This document shows positions 27,559 to 36,749 of a stretch of DNA of 64,000 nt, piece by piece; the first letter of the stretch is position 1, and each line of letters opens with the position of its first letter. Below the pieces are notes generated by a model, which saw only the letters and a program-made list of their open reading frames with translations, searched no databases and had not been told where the DNA came from. The DNA comes from Flavobacteriaceae bacterium. GTDB lineage: Bacteria > Bacteroidota > Bacteroidia > Flavobacteriales > Flavobacteriaceae. The DNA lies in contig JAWKMR010000008.1 of assembly GCA_041392125.1 (NCBI GenBank), positions 28,701 through 92,700 of the forward strand, given 5' to 3'. Made by a program: the position numbers and the translations under genes.

Positions 27559-30150
27559 CTATCTCCTTTCGCTTAGTAAATCTGCCGGCAAAATTCCAAA
27601 ACGCTCTCTAAATTTTTTGTTGAAATAAGGGGATGAAGAAATACCTACATCGTACCGCACTTCACTTAAGGTAAAATGGGTTTTATGTTGTAACAATTGA
27701 TAGGCTTTTTGTAAACGAATTTCCAAAATAAATTGTACGGGGGTCATTCCCGTATATTGTTTCAAAATTCGGGTCAATTGCCTTTGGCTATAGTGAACCT
27801 GTTGTGCGAGACTTTCAATTTTATAGGATTCGTTGTTTAAATTTTCAATTACTAGAGATTCAATTTTTTTCAGTAGCTTTTTATCAGAACTTTCGGTATC
27901 GGCAACAAGATTTTGGTTTTGTAATTGCCATTTTTCTCTTTGTTTTTTATGGGTAAGTAAATTGGCAACCCTTGCCATCAGCTCATTTTTGCTAAAAGGC
28001 TTAACCACATAATCGTCTATGCCCATTTTAAAGCCCCTTATTTTATCTTCCTCCAGCGTTTTCGCTGAAATAAGAATAAAAGGAATATGTTGGTATTCTG
28101 GAATTTTATTGACTGCTTTTTTTAATTCAAATCCATCCATTTTAGGCATCATAATATCGGATGTTATTAAATCGAAGCTTTCTCTTTGCAATATTTCTAA
28201 CGCTTCTTTACCATCAAATGCTAAGGTGCAGTCGTATTCTGAAGCGAGAATATCGTTCAAAAATTTAGCCATTTGCGGGTTATCTTCGGTAATGAGAATT
28301 TTGGCTCTTCTTTCAGGATTAATACTCGCTTCAGTAACTGTGTCGACTAGCCTTTCCTTTGGTACTTTTTTGGGTTTTTCAATCACTGAATCTATTTCGC
28401 CTTGATACACAGTAACAGGGAGTTGAAGTGTAAACGTACTTCCTTTGCCAAGTTTGCTAATAACACTTAAATGGCCTCCTAAAATCTTGGCAAACTCGCG
28501 AGACAAGGATAACCCTATTCCAATACCTCCTACAGCACTATTGTTTTTGGATTGATAAAACCGTTCAAAAATCTTTTCCTTTTCATCAAAGTGAATTCCT
28601 TCCCCTTGGTCGGCAACCTTTACTTCCAATTGAGAATTTATAAGGGTGGCTGCTACGGAAATTTTGGATTTTGAAGGCGAAAACTTAATGGCATTGCTTA
28701 ATAAATTATTGATAATTTTTTCTAACTTTTCAATATCAATTGCTGTTTTAAAGCTTTCGGGGATGGTATTTAAAAAGGACAAGTCTATTTCCTTCATTTG
28801 TGCCAAAGAATTGAAGGAATAAACAATTCTGCTTAATTGCTCGTTTAGTAACACAGGAGTAAGTCGAATTTTAGTTTTGTCTTTTTCATATTTTAAAAGC
28901 GTTAGTATTTCATTGGCATCTTCGGTAACTTTACTACTGTTTTGAAGTGCAGTAGTAATGTGCTCTTTTAATTTTTGAGGGTCTTTGAGATGGTCTAAGG
29001 CCAGGTTTAAATTTCCGGAAATAAGGGTAAGGGGAGTTCGTATTTCGTGTGCAATATTTCCTAAAAATTTGGAACGTATGTCATTGATTTCCTGTTCCTT
29101 TTGCAATTCAGTTTCAATAAATAATTTTTTTCTTTTTTGACGATTACTTTGCCACTGAAAAATACCTAACCCTACTAGAATAAAGGCAAGACTACTAAAG
29201 ATCCAGACATTGCGTGAATTTTTTTGACGTGCAATCTCTAATTGCTGTTGTGCGATTTCCTTGTCCTTTTGTTCAAAATTAAACTTTGCTTCAGCCTCAG
29301 TAAAATTAGACTCGATAAGTTGTGTATAATGTGATTCTATACTATCCCCAAAAATTTTATGATATTTTGCTGCTTTTTCCCACTGATTGAGATTTTCATA
29401 TTGATCTGCCATATTTCTTGCAGACAAAGCCACGTCTCTAGTGCTATTAACTTTCAAAGATTTTTCGTAGGATAACTGATAAAATTCCAATGCGGTTTTT
29501 GGTTCGTTTATTTTTACAAAAACATTACCAATATTATTTAGTACAGAACTTAAATAGGTATCATCTGATACTTTTTCAAAAATTTCTGCTGCCATATTGC
29601 AGTAAGAAATAGCTTCAGAAGGTTTTCCTAATACTGCCAAACTATTACACTTGTGCATATACGATTCGCCAATCATTTTATCGTTTTTGGCTTCTAATGC
29701 ATACCGTATACATTGATCTGCAATAAAATCTAATGTTTTTTCTTCTCCTTTTACATCGTACAGCACATAGTATTTGATTGAATAGGTTTGTTGTTTTAGC
29801 GAAGGACTATTCGTTTTTAACGATCTTGAAATACTACTATCTGCATAGACAAGGCTTTTTTCTGGTTCTAAAAAAAGATAGGCATAACATAAATTGTAAT
29901 AATTTTTAGCAAATAATATATTAAGACTGTCAATAGTAATGTCTTTGCGGGTCTTAAGAAACTCATTCATGAGCAGCGTTTGCTCTAATACTTTATCATA
30001 TTTCCCATCCTTAATAAATTGTTTAACTTCTGAAATTTTTTCAGAATACGTATCTGCCTGTATGATTTTTTCCTGTGCAGCAATTTTCAATCCACTAGCA
30101 AAAAAAAGCCATAATAATGCGACCCAGATTATATTCATGAATTGGTTCAT
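27559..30150 (-). CDS. Hybrid two-component system protein (helical/TPR-like sensor, TM, HisKA, HATPase, REC, AraC HTH)
   Basis: AHEIRTPL, NLLSNAIKF, DQGEGI, GIGIGLS, SDIMMPKMDG; AraC motifs SQRQLTR...EIRLQKA...YFNKKFRERFG. Confidence 0.92.
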   Translation of the reverse strand: MNQFMNIIWVALLWLFFASGLKIAAQEKIIQADTYSEKISEVKQFIKDGKYDKVLEQTLLMNEFLKTRKDITIDSLNILFAKNYYNLCYAYLFLEPEKSLVYADSSISRSLKTNSPSLKQQTYSIKYYVLYDVKGEEKTLDFIADQCIRYALEAKNDKMIGESYMHKCNSLAVLGKPSEAISYCNMAAEIFEKVSDDTYLSSVLNNIGNVFVKINEPKTALEFYQLSYEKSLKVNSTRDVALSARNMADQYENLNQWEKAAKYHKIFGDSIESHYTQLIESNFTEAEAKFNFEQKDKEIAQQQLEIARQKNSRNVWIFSSLAFILVGLGIFQWQSNRQKRKKLFIETELQKEQEINDIRSKFLGNIAHEIRTPLTLISGNLNLALDHLKDPQKLKEHITTALQNSSKVTEDANEILTLLKYEKDKTKIRLTPVLLNEQLSRIVYSFNSLAQMKEIDLSFLNTIPESFKTAIDIEKLEKIINNLLSNAIKFSPSKSKISVAATLINSQLEVKVADQGEGIHFDEKEKIFERFYQSKNNSAVGGIGIGLSLSREFAKILGGHLSVISKLGKGSTFTLQLPVTVYQGEIDSVIEKPKKVPKERLVDTVTEASINPERRAKILITEDNPQMAKFLNDILASEYDCTLAFDGKEALEILQRESFDLITSDIMMPKMDGFELKKAVNKIPEYQHIPFILISAKTLEEDKIRGFKMGIDDYVVKPFSKNELMARVANLLTHKKQREKWQLQNQNLVADTESSDKKLLKKIESLVIENLNNESYKIESLAQQVHYSQRQLTRILKQYTGMTPVQFILEIRLQKAYQLLQHKTHFTLSEVRYDVGISSSPYFNKKFRERFGILPADLLSERR

Positions 30151-30187
30151 ACTTCAAATATAAATAAAAATTTAGCCCTAAGCTCTC

Positions 30188-30254
30188 ATGTCGAATATGA
30201 GACATTTTATGTCCAATATTAGACGGGTATTTGAAAATCAAGCCTTTAAGTTTG
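30188..30254 (+). promoter_or_regulatory. Tandem direct-repeat operator plus -7 element for the fibre gene
   Basis: ATGTCGAATATGAGAC (30188) and ATGTCCAATATTAGAC (30209) are 14/16 identical with a 21-bp period; TAAGTTTG at 30247-30254. Confidence 0.7.
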
Positions 30255-30278
30255 CTTAAATATTTAAAAAGGGCAAAA

Positions 30279-33200
30279 ATGAAAATTCTAATAACAATAC
30301 TACTGGGACTGCTTTTGGGAAGCAGTCTCATGGGTCAAGTAGGTATTAATACCACCAGTCCCAATGCGTTACTGGACATACAGTCCAGCAACCAAAGTAC
30401 CCCCAATAATAGCGATGGAATACTAATACCTAAGATAGATGAATTTCCAGCGTCAAACCCCACGGCAGCACAAGATGGAATGTTGGTTTTTGTAACCGGG
30501 GCTGGGGCGCCAACCAGAGGTTTTCATTATTGGGACCAAGGATCCACTTCTTGGGTCCCGATGGACGTAGGAAATGCTACGGCTGCATGGTATAATGCCA
30601 ATACAACCACCAATGCTTCTACTACCACAGCAAACATATTCCGGACGGGAAACATAGGGATAGGGACCAATAATCCCATGTACCCCATTGAAGTAATGAC
30701 CACTTCCAATACCGATGCGGTAGTGTCTAGTTTAACCAATACGGTAAATAACTTATCGGTTCGCAATGCCAATTTTTCTACTACCAGTAGTGCCGATAAC
30801 GTTAATTTAACAGGTCTTCGTAACAACGTCTCAGGTACAGGAACCGTAACGGTACAGAATATCACTGGTATGACCAATTTTATGTCCAATGCTTCTTCTG
30901 GTGGGCAGGTGGGCCTTAAGAATACTATGACTGCCTCTGGGAATGGCTATATTGCTGGCGTTGACAATGAATTGAACACTATTGGTAACGGAACTGTGTA
31001 TGGAGTACGAAATGTATTTCAAGTTGGCAATGGCAATCAATATGGAACACACACCACTTTCACGGCCAATGGGGGAAGTGGAGACTTGTATGGAAATTAT
31101 GTGTTTATAGACCCTACAGATACTAACGGAAGTTCCTACGGGGTTTATACAGATGTGCAAGGTAGCAATGCCTATGCAGGATACTTTTTAGGAGATGTTG
31201 CCATTGGAACAAGCATTGGAGACACCTACACACTACCGTCCAATAGAGGGACTAATGGGCAAATGCTTCAAACAGATGGTATTGGAAATGTAAGTTGGGT
31301 AACACCTTCAGCTGCTTCAGATACTTCCCCCGCATGGTATGATGAAGGAACAACCAATGCAGCCACAACGGCGACTAATGATATAGTCCGTTCCGGAAAT
31401 ATAGGGCTTGGGGTGACTTCAACCAATTACAAGTTGGATATTTTTGAAAATCGGGGAACTGCGGGTATAAATATTGTGATGGATGATGTAAGCGCTCCTA
31501 CTACTACGGCAAGTTACGGTATAAAAACATCCATCGATAACGATAATAATGGTCTGTCTACAGGCGATAGCTATGCTATTGAAAATACCATTCAAGTGTT
31601 GTCGGATAATGCCTATGGTATTAGAAATAACATGATAGGCCATTTGGCCGGAGCAAGTAATTTGTATGGGAGTTATCAGGGAATTAATAATAATGGGGTA
31701 GGAAATTCGTATGGTACTTTTAATGCCGTCACTGGTATTTTTGGAACAAACTACGGGAGTTATAATTTAGTTACTGGCGATGGTTTTGGAGTCTATTCTG
31801 AAGCCTTAAACCCGGGTAGTTATGCAGGCTATTTCATAGGAACTTTAGGTGTTGGAACCAATGCATCAAACATTTATAGGTTTCCAACCTCGCGGGGCAC
31901 TAATGGACAAATGATGCAAACCGATGGTTTGGGGAATCTTAGTTGGGTTGACAGCACTACTATTGGTGTTCAGAAAATTGACGATTTAACAGATGGAAAA
32001 TCTGATAATGATGGCTCTAATAATGGTTCCTCCATTTTTTTAGGGGTCAATTCAGGAATAAATGATGATGGTAGCGATAATCAAAATGTTGGTATTGGAT
32101 ATGGAAGTATGGTAGCCAATACCACAGGAAGTTACAATACTGTAGTTGGATATCAAAGCTTGGCAAGTAATACCTCTGGTTTTAGCAATACGGGGGTTGG
32201 ATATCAAACTTTATATGGCACTACCACAGGGTCCTTCAATACAGCGATGGGGGATTGGTCTATGGTTAGTAACATTTCGGGATCTCATAATGTAGGGGTT
32301 GGCTACAGTACACTTAGATTTAATACATTGGGAAATAATAATACGGCATTGGGAAGTACGGCGCTTTGGGCAAATTCTTTAGGGAATGATAATACAGCGA
32401 TTGGTAAAAACGCCTTAGCTACAAGCTCAACCGGAAGCTTTAATACAGGCTTAGGAGTTGAGGCGGCTTATAATAATGTAAACGGTTCGCATATGATTGC
32501 TATTGGTAGGAGAGCGTTATATTCTAACACCTCGTCTAATTATTTGGTAGCAGTAGGGAATGATGCACTTTATTCCAATACTGCGGGTTATAATAATGTT
32601 TCTATGGGTCATACTTCTATGTACTCCAATACCGTAGGCCATGAAAATGTTGCCATTGGAAATGCCTCCCTTTATGATAACACTAATGGTTTTGGCAACG
32701 TAGCTATTGGTTATCAATCGCTTTACGGAAGTGATACCGGATCTTACAATATTTCCATAGGTAGAAATACCATGTATTCAAACAGTGCAGGCTCCTATAA
32801 TATAAGTATTGGTGAAGATGCTCTTTACTCTGGAAATACCTATCGAAGCATTGCAATTGGTTATAGGGCTTTATATAGTACGACATCTGGAGGCTTTAAT
32901 GTGGCGGTTGGTCATGAGACCATGTATTCAAACACTACTGGACATAACAATACTTCCGTAGGGTATTATAGCCTTCGTGCTAATACAACCGGAAGGGATA
33001 ATGTGGCCCTGGGATATCTCGCACTTGATAACAATACTAACGGGTATTATAATACTGCCATTGGTTCTGAAGCATTATCTAGTAATGGTTCTTTAGATAA
33101 CAATACAGCCGTGGGGTATCGTTCGTTATGGTTATCTACGGGCGATGTTAATACAGCGGTAGGTGCCAATACCCTTAGTCAAAATACGAGCGGTTTTCGT

Positions 33201-33869
33201 AACAATGCCTTTGGGTATTATGCCTTAGGTTTGAACACCACCGGACAACGAAATACGGCGCTGGGTAGCAATGCTCTTGATAATAACACTACAGGAAGTT
33301 ATAATACTGCCGTGGGAAATTTTGCTTTTTCTTCGGGCAGTTCTTTTACAAACTCAACAGCACTAGGCTATAATGCTCAACCCAATGCCAGCAATACGGT
33401 TAGAATTGGTGATGCTTCGGTTTCCACCATTGGAGGATTTGCCAACTGGACCAATGTTTCAGACGGAAGATTTAAAGATAAAGTACAGGAAAATGTTATA
33501 GGGTTGGATTTTGTAATGAAATTACGTCCAGTAACTTATGTCTTGGATATGGATGCAATTACTACTTTTTATAAAATACCTGACGAACAGCGTATTAAAA
33601 GTTCAGAAATGCTAAAAGCCAGCGAAGTTCAAATTGGGTTTATTGCTCAAGAAGTTGAAAAAGTTGCTCAATCATTACAATTCGACTTCCATGGGGTAGA
33701 TCGTCCAGAAAATGATAACAATCATTATGGTCTTCGCTATTCAGAATTTGTTCCAGTTTTAGTAAAAGCTTTACAAGAACAACAAGAAGAAATAGACAGT
33801 TTAAAAGAAGAAATTTCTCAACTAAAACAATTAGAAGCTCGTCTAAAACAATTGGAAATGAAACAATAA
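30279..33869 (+). CDS. Large secreted fibre/adhesin-like protein with 14-aa beta repeats and C-terminal peptidase S74 (tail-fibre chaperone) domain (likely start ATG 30279)
   Basis: Signal peptide MG-QVGINTTSP; duplicated N-terminal module; about 30 NxAxG..AL repeats; SDGRFK, GFIAQEVE, LRYSEFVP.LVKA.QE and terminal coiled coil. Confidence 0.85.
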   Translation: MKILITILLGLLLGSSLMGQVGINTTSPNALLDIQSSNQSTPNNSDGILIPKIDEFPASNPTAAQDGMLVFVTGAGAPTRGFHYWDQGSTSWVPMDVGNATAAWYNANTTTNASTTTANIFRTGNIGIGTNNPMYPIEVMTTSNTDAVVSSLTNTVNNLSVRNANFSTTSSADNVNLTGLRNNVSGTGTVTVQNITGMTNFMSNASSGGQVGLKNTMTASGNGYIAGVDNELNTIGNGTVYGVRNVFQVGNGNQYGTHTTFTANGGSGDLYGNYVFIDPTDTNGSSYGVYTDVQGSNAYAGYFLGDVAIGTSIGDTYTLPSNRGTNGQMLQTDGIGNVSWVTPSAASDTSPAWYDEGTTNAATTATNDIVRSGNIGLGVTSTNYKLDIFENRGTAGINIVMDDVSAPTTTASYGIKTSIDNDNNGLSTGDSYAIENTIQVLSDNAYGIRNNMIGHLAGASNLYGSYQGINNNGVGNSYGTFNAVTGIFGTNYGSYNLVTGDGFGVYSEALNPGSYAGYFIGTLGVGTNASNIYRFPTSRGTNGQMMQTDGLGNLSWVDSTTIGVQKIDDLTDGKSDNDGSNNGSSIFLGVNSGINDDGSDNQNVGIGYGSMVANTTGSYNTVVGYQSLASNTSGFSNTGVGYQTLYGTTTGSFNTAMGDWSMVSNISGSHNVGVGYSTLRFNTLGNNNTALGSTALWANSLGNDNTAIGKNALATSSTGSFNTGLGVEAAYNNVNGSHMIAIGRRALYSNTSSNYLVAVGNDALYSNTAGYNNVSMGHTSMYSNTVGHENVAIGNASLYDNTNGFGNVAIGYQSLYGSDTGSYNISIGRNTMYSNSAGSYNISIGEDALYSGNTYRSIAIGYRALYSTTSGGFNVAVGHETMYSNTTGHNNTSVGYYSLRANTTGRDNVALGYLALDNNTNGYYNTAIGSEALSSNGSLDNNTAVGYRSLWLSTGDVNTAVGANTLSQNTSGFRNNAFGYYALGLNTTGQRNTALGSNALDNNTTGSYNTAVGNFAFSSGSSFTNSTALGYNAQPNASNTVRIGDASVSTIGGFANWTNVSDGRFKDKVQENVIGLDFVMKLRPVTYVLDMDAITTFYKIPDEQRIKSSEMLKASEVQIGFIAQEVEKVAQSLQFDFHGVDRPENDNNHYGLRYSEFVPVLVKALQEQQEEIDSLKEEISQLKQLEARLKQLEMKQ

Positions 33870-33901
33870 TATTTTCGCTTATGCTATGCCCTTTTTAGCA
33901 G

Positions 33902-33940
33902 AAGGCTGTTTGTAATGAATTATTACGGCAGCCTTTTTTT
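33902..33940. terminator. Intrinsic terminator between the fibre gene and corA
   Basis: AAGGCTG...GTAAT / ATTAC...CAGCCTT followed by a T-run. Confidence 0.7.
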
Positions 33941-35018
33941 ATAACCACTTTTTCTTTCTAAAGTAATACAACATTGCAATAAAAATCAAAATCATTATTC
34001 CCCACAAGACATAATAACTGTATGTATAATGAAGCTCCGGCATGTGGTCAAAATTCATTCCATAGATGCCTGCTATAAAGGTTAAGGGAATAAAAATGGT
34101 AGCAATGATGGTCAACACTTTCATAATGTTGTTCATCTTATTACTTACGGTGGTCATATACATATCCATAAGCCCCCAAACCATATCACGATAGATTTCA
34201 ATATTTTCATTAATCTGTACAATATGGTCATACACATCTCTAAAATAATCGCGAGTGCGTTCCTCCATAATTGGATTTTCGGTTTTTTCTAAGCGCGAAA
34301 TCACTTCCCGAAGCGGAAATACACTTCGCCGTATTTTTAAAACTTCCCGCTTTAATAGCTGAATATCCTGAGGGGTAGATGCTGAAGGATTTTCAACAAA
34401 AACCTGCTCTTCCATGGCTTCAATTTTTTCTCCAAAATCTTCAACAATGGCAAAATAGTTATCCACAATAGTATCTATTAAGGCAAAACCTAAATAGTCT
34501 GCCCCATAATTACGAATTTTAGATTCAGGATTCGAAATTCGCATACGTACCGAGTCGAATATATCTTCTTCCGACTCCTGAAAGGTGAGCACATAATTTT
34601 TACCAATGACCAACGAAATATGCTCGACCGTAAATAATTCTTCTTTGTTAAAATATAGCATTTTCAATACCACAAAAAAGTATTCGGGATACTCATCTAC
34701 TTTAGGCCGGTGTTCGGTATTGAGAATGTCTTCCATCACCAAAGGATGCAAACCATAAAAGCTTCCAAGCTTCGCAATTTCTTCATTAAGGTTTAGTCCA
34801 TTTACATTAATCCAGGTAATTTGGTCGGTAGTTTTAAACTTAAAAGCGTCTTCAACGTTATTGGTTTTAATACATTCAAAAGAATCTTTGGAAAATTCGT
34901 GAATTTCAATATCGGTTTTATCCCGTTTTTTTAAACCCACATAACCATCGGTGCCCGGTGCTTTCCCAATGGTTTTGGCAATGCGCTTCTTTTTTTTCGA
35001 TTTATGTAGTTTCGCCAT
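33939..35018 (-). CDS. corA: Magnesium/cobalt transporter CorA (likely start ATG 35018)
   Basis: HPLVMEDI, RPKVDEY, and YGMNF signature between two C-terminal TMs. Confidence 0.93.
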   Translation of the reverse strand: MAKLHKSKKKKRIAKTIGKAPGTDGYVGLKKRDKTDIEIHEFSKDSFECIKTNNVEDAFKFKTTDQITWINVNGLNLNEEIAKLGSFYGLHPLVMEDILNTEHRPKVDEYPEYFFVVLKMLYFNKEELFTVEHISLVIGKNYVLTFQESEEDIFDSVRMRISNPESKIRNYGADYLGFALIDTIVDNYFAIVEDFGEKIEAMEEQVFVENPSASTPQDIQLLKREVLKIRRSVFPLREVISRLEKTENPIMEERTRDYFRDVYDHIVQINENIEIYRDMVWGLMDMYMTTVSNKMNNIMKVLTIIATIFIPLTFIAGIYGMNFDHMPELHYTYSYYVLWGIMILIFIAMLYYFRKKKWL

Positions 35019-35101
35019 ATCGATTTTAAAGATACCAAAAAGGAGTAAACAATTTGTAAAGTCTTTTATTTTTGCACGACAGTATTCAAAATTTTTATAG
35101 C

Positions 35102-35494
35102 ATGGGATTATTTGATTTCTTCGGAAGAAAATCTGAAACAAGACCTAAGGAAGAAAAGGTACTGCCTTGGCTTAGGCTTACTAGAGTAGAACAATTAGAC
35201 GAAATAGCAGAAGCATCAAAAACAATTCCTGTGGTTATTTTTAAACATTCCACTACCTGTGGTATTAGCCGAATGGTGTTGCGTAATTTTGAAAATGACT
35301 ATGCTATTGAATCTGGTAAAATTAAATTATATTATTTGGATTTACATGCTTTTAGAGAAGTCTCCAACGAAGTTGGCTATAAATTTCAAGTTATTCACCA
35401 AAGTCCCCAGGTACTGGTTATTAAAAATGGAGTAGCGGTATATCACGCATCGCACCATAGTATTCACGCCACAGATTTAGAAAAATTTATTTAA
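35102..35494 (+). CDS. ytxJ: YtxJ/BrxC-family monothiol redox protein (likely start ATG 35102)
   Basis: IFKHSTTCGIS and HQSPQ motifs. Confidence 0.88.
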   Translation: MGLFDFFGRKSETRPKEEKVLPWLRLTRVEQLDEIAEASKTIPVVIFKHSTTCGISRMVLRNFENDYAIESGKIKLYYLDLHAFREVSNEVGYKFQVIHQSPQVLVIKNGVAVYHASHHSIHATDLEKFI

Positions 35495-35500
35495 AAAAAA

Positions 35501-35527
35501 TCCCCCTTAAAAGGGGGACTTAGGGGG
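35501..35527. repeat. REP-like palindrome / terminator with an extra G5 tract
   Basis: TCCCCCTT-AA-AAGGGGGA-CTTA-GGGGG between convergent genes. Confidence 0.5.
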
Positions 35528-35533
35528 TTGTTT

Positions 35534-36700
35534 TTATCTAAAATGATTATTCCGAAGAATTTCTTTTAACCGGTCTTTTATTTCGGTACCGGCATCCAAA
35601 ACCATTTGCTGGTTCGATGGAAACGGAAAGAAATCGTTTCTAATAAAATCTAAATCTTCTTCGGTAAGCGCTCTTTCATCACCACGATAACGAGCAAAAA
35701 TATTTTCAAAAATAAACTCGGTTCCCAAGGGGTGACGATTGATAATTCGGTTTTTGTCTAAATCCAAATACACCGCATCGCCATTTACTTGCACCGCTTT
35801 GGTTTGTTCGGTATAGGTAACGGCAGCAGTAACCGTAATAAATTTATCTACTTTTATATCATTACCAAGGCTATCCTTCATCACATTTCCATAGCGATCT
35901 AACACATATTCCCAACCGTCCTTAATCACTTTTTTTCGTTGAAATTCTTTTTCTGAAATGCGTTCCGGCGAAATAAGAATATCTTTAAAATTTAAATCAA
36001 TACCAAAAGTATAATGAATTCCATTATCTCTTCGATTGTGGTATTCGGTCCAAAAATCATCCAATCCATAGGTGTTGAAATCCAATAGCTCTTGCTCCAA
36101 GCGGAATGGAATAATTTGTCCGCTATGGTTATTTAATTTGACAAAAACAAAATCGGTTCCTTTAAAGTGGGCATCCTTCAGCTTATTATCTAGTCCTAAA
36201 TAATCCGGTTGAAGGCTTTTAAGATCGCTAAAATAATTGAACGCTTTACGAGCATCGAGTACGGTATTTCGTTGTAAGTATTTAGCGCCCTCAGCAAAAA
36301 GATAATCGGCAAAATTCTTTTTGGAAGAAATAATTTCTTGGCTATAATCTTCCATTTCCACATTCAAATTTACTAATGAGATAAGCGGGCGGATAAGTTC
36401 TTGCCTTTTTCCTAAATCACAATACAGATAATAAATTTCGCGACTATTTGAAGGGCGATTTTCTTGCATTAAGAAATTAATTCGGCGTTTGTCCTCATTT
36501 ACCACTTGTGCAAATGCTTCCTCTAAAAAGGATGCATGTGCATCGCTGTTTTTTCCGTGAGGATCTTTTGAAAGCTTTTTTACGGCCAACTCAATCACTT
36601 GATCGTAATCGCCTTGGGCTAAAAATTTCTGATTTCGTTTCACACTATTACAACCTGTAAGTAATAGCGCTACTAATACTAAAGTAATGGTTGCTCTCAT
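35534..36700 (-). CDS. Conserved hypothetical lipoprotein (helical N-terminus)
   Basis: Lipobox LTGC; 388-aa ORF. Confidence 0.75.
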   Translation of the reverse strand: MRATITLVLVALLLTGCNSVKRNQKFLAQGDYDQVIELAVKKLSKDPHGKNSDAHASFLEEAFAQVVNEDKRRINFLMQENRPSNSREIYYLYCDLGKRQELIRPLISLVNLNVEMEDYSQEIISSKKNFADYLFAEGAKYLQRNTVLDARKAFNYFSDLKSLQPDYLGLDNKLKDAHFKGTDFVFVKLNNHSGQIIPFRLEQELLDFNTYGLDDFWTEYHNRRDNGIHYTFGIDLNFKDILISPERISEKEFQRKKVIKDGWEYVLDRYGNVMKDSLGNDIKVDKFITVTAAVTYTEQTKAVQVNGDAVYLDLDKNRIINRHPLGTEFIFENIFARYRGDERALTEEDLDFIRNDFFPFPSNQQMVLDAGTEIKDRLKEILRNNHFR

Positions 36701-36731
36701 AACAAAATAGTTTGGTTATTTTTTGGCTGAA

Positions 36732-36748
36732 TACAAGTGTTGTGCCAA
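36732..36748 (-). promoter_or_regulatory. Sigma-54-like promoter for the lipoprotein gene
   Basis: Minus strand TTGGCACAACACTTGTA (TGGCAC-N5-TTG), about 30 bp upstream of ATG 36700. Confidence 0.55.
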
Positions 36749-36749
36749 A

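Noticed and set aside
32080-33400. Periodic sequence as a CRISPR array or DNA tandem repeat
   Set aside because: The 42-nt periodicity is protein-level (14-aa repeats) with divergent codons; there are no identical repeats with spacers.
26987-33869. HNH plus tail-fibre domain as a prophage remnant
   Set aside because: No capsid, terminase, portal or integrase genes. The fibre has a Sec signal peptide and all ORFs are intact.
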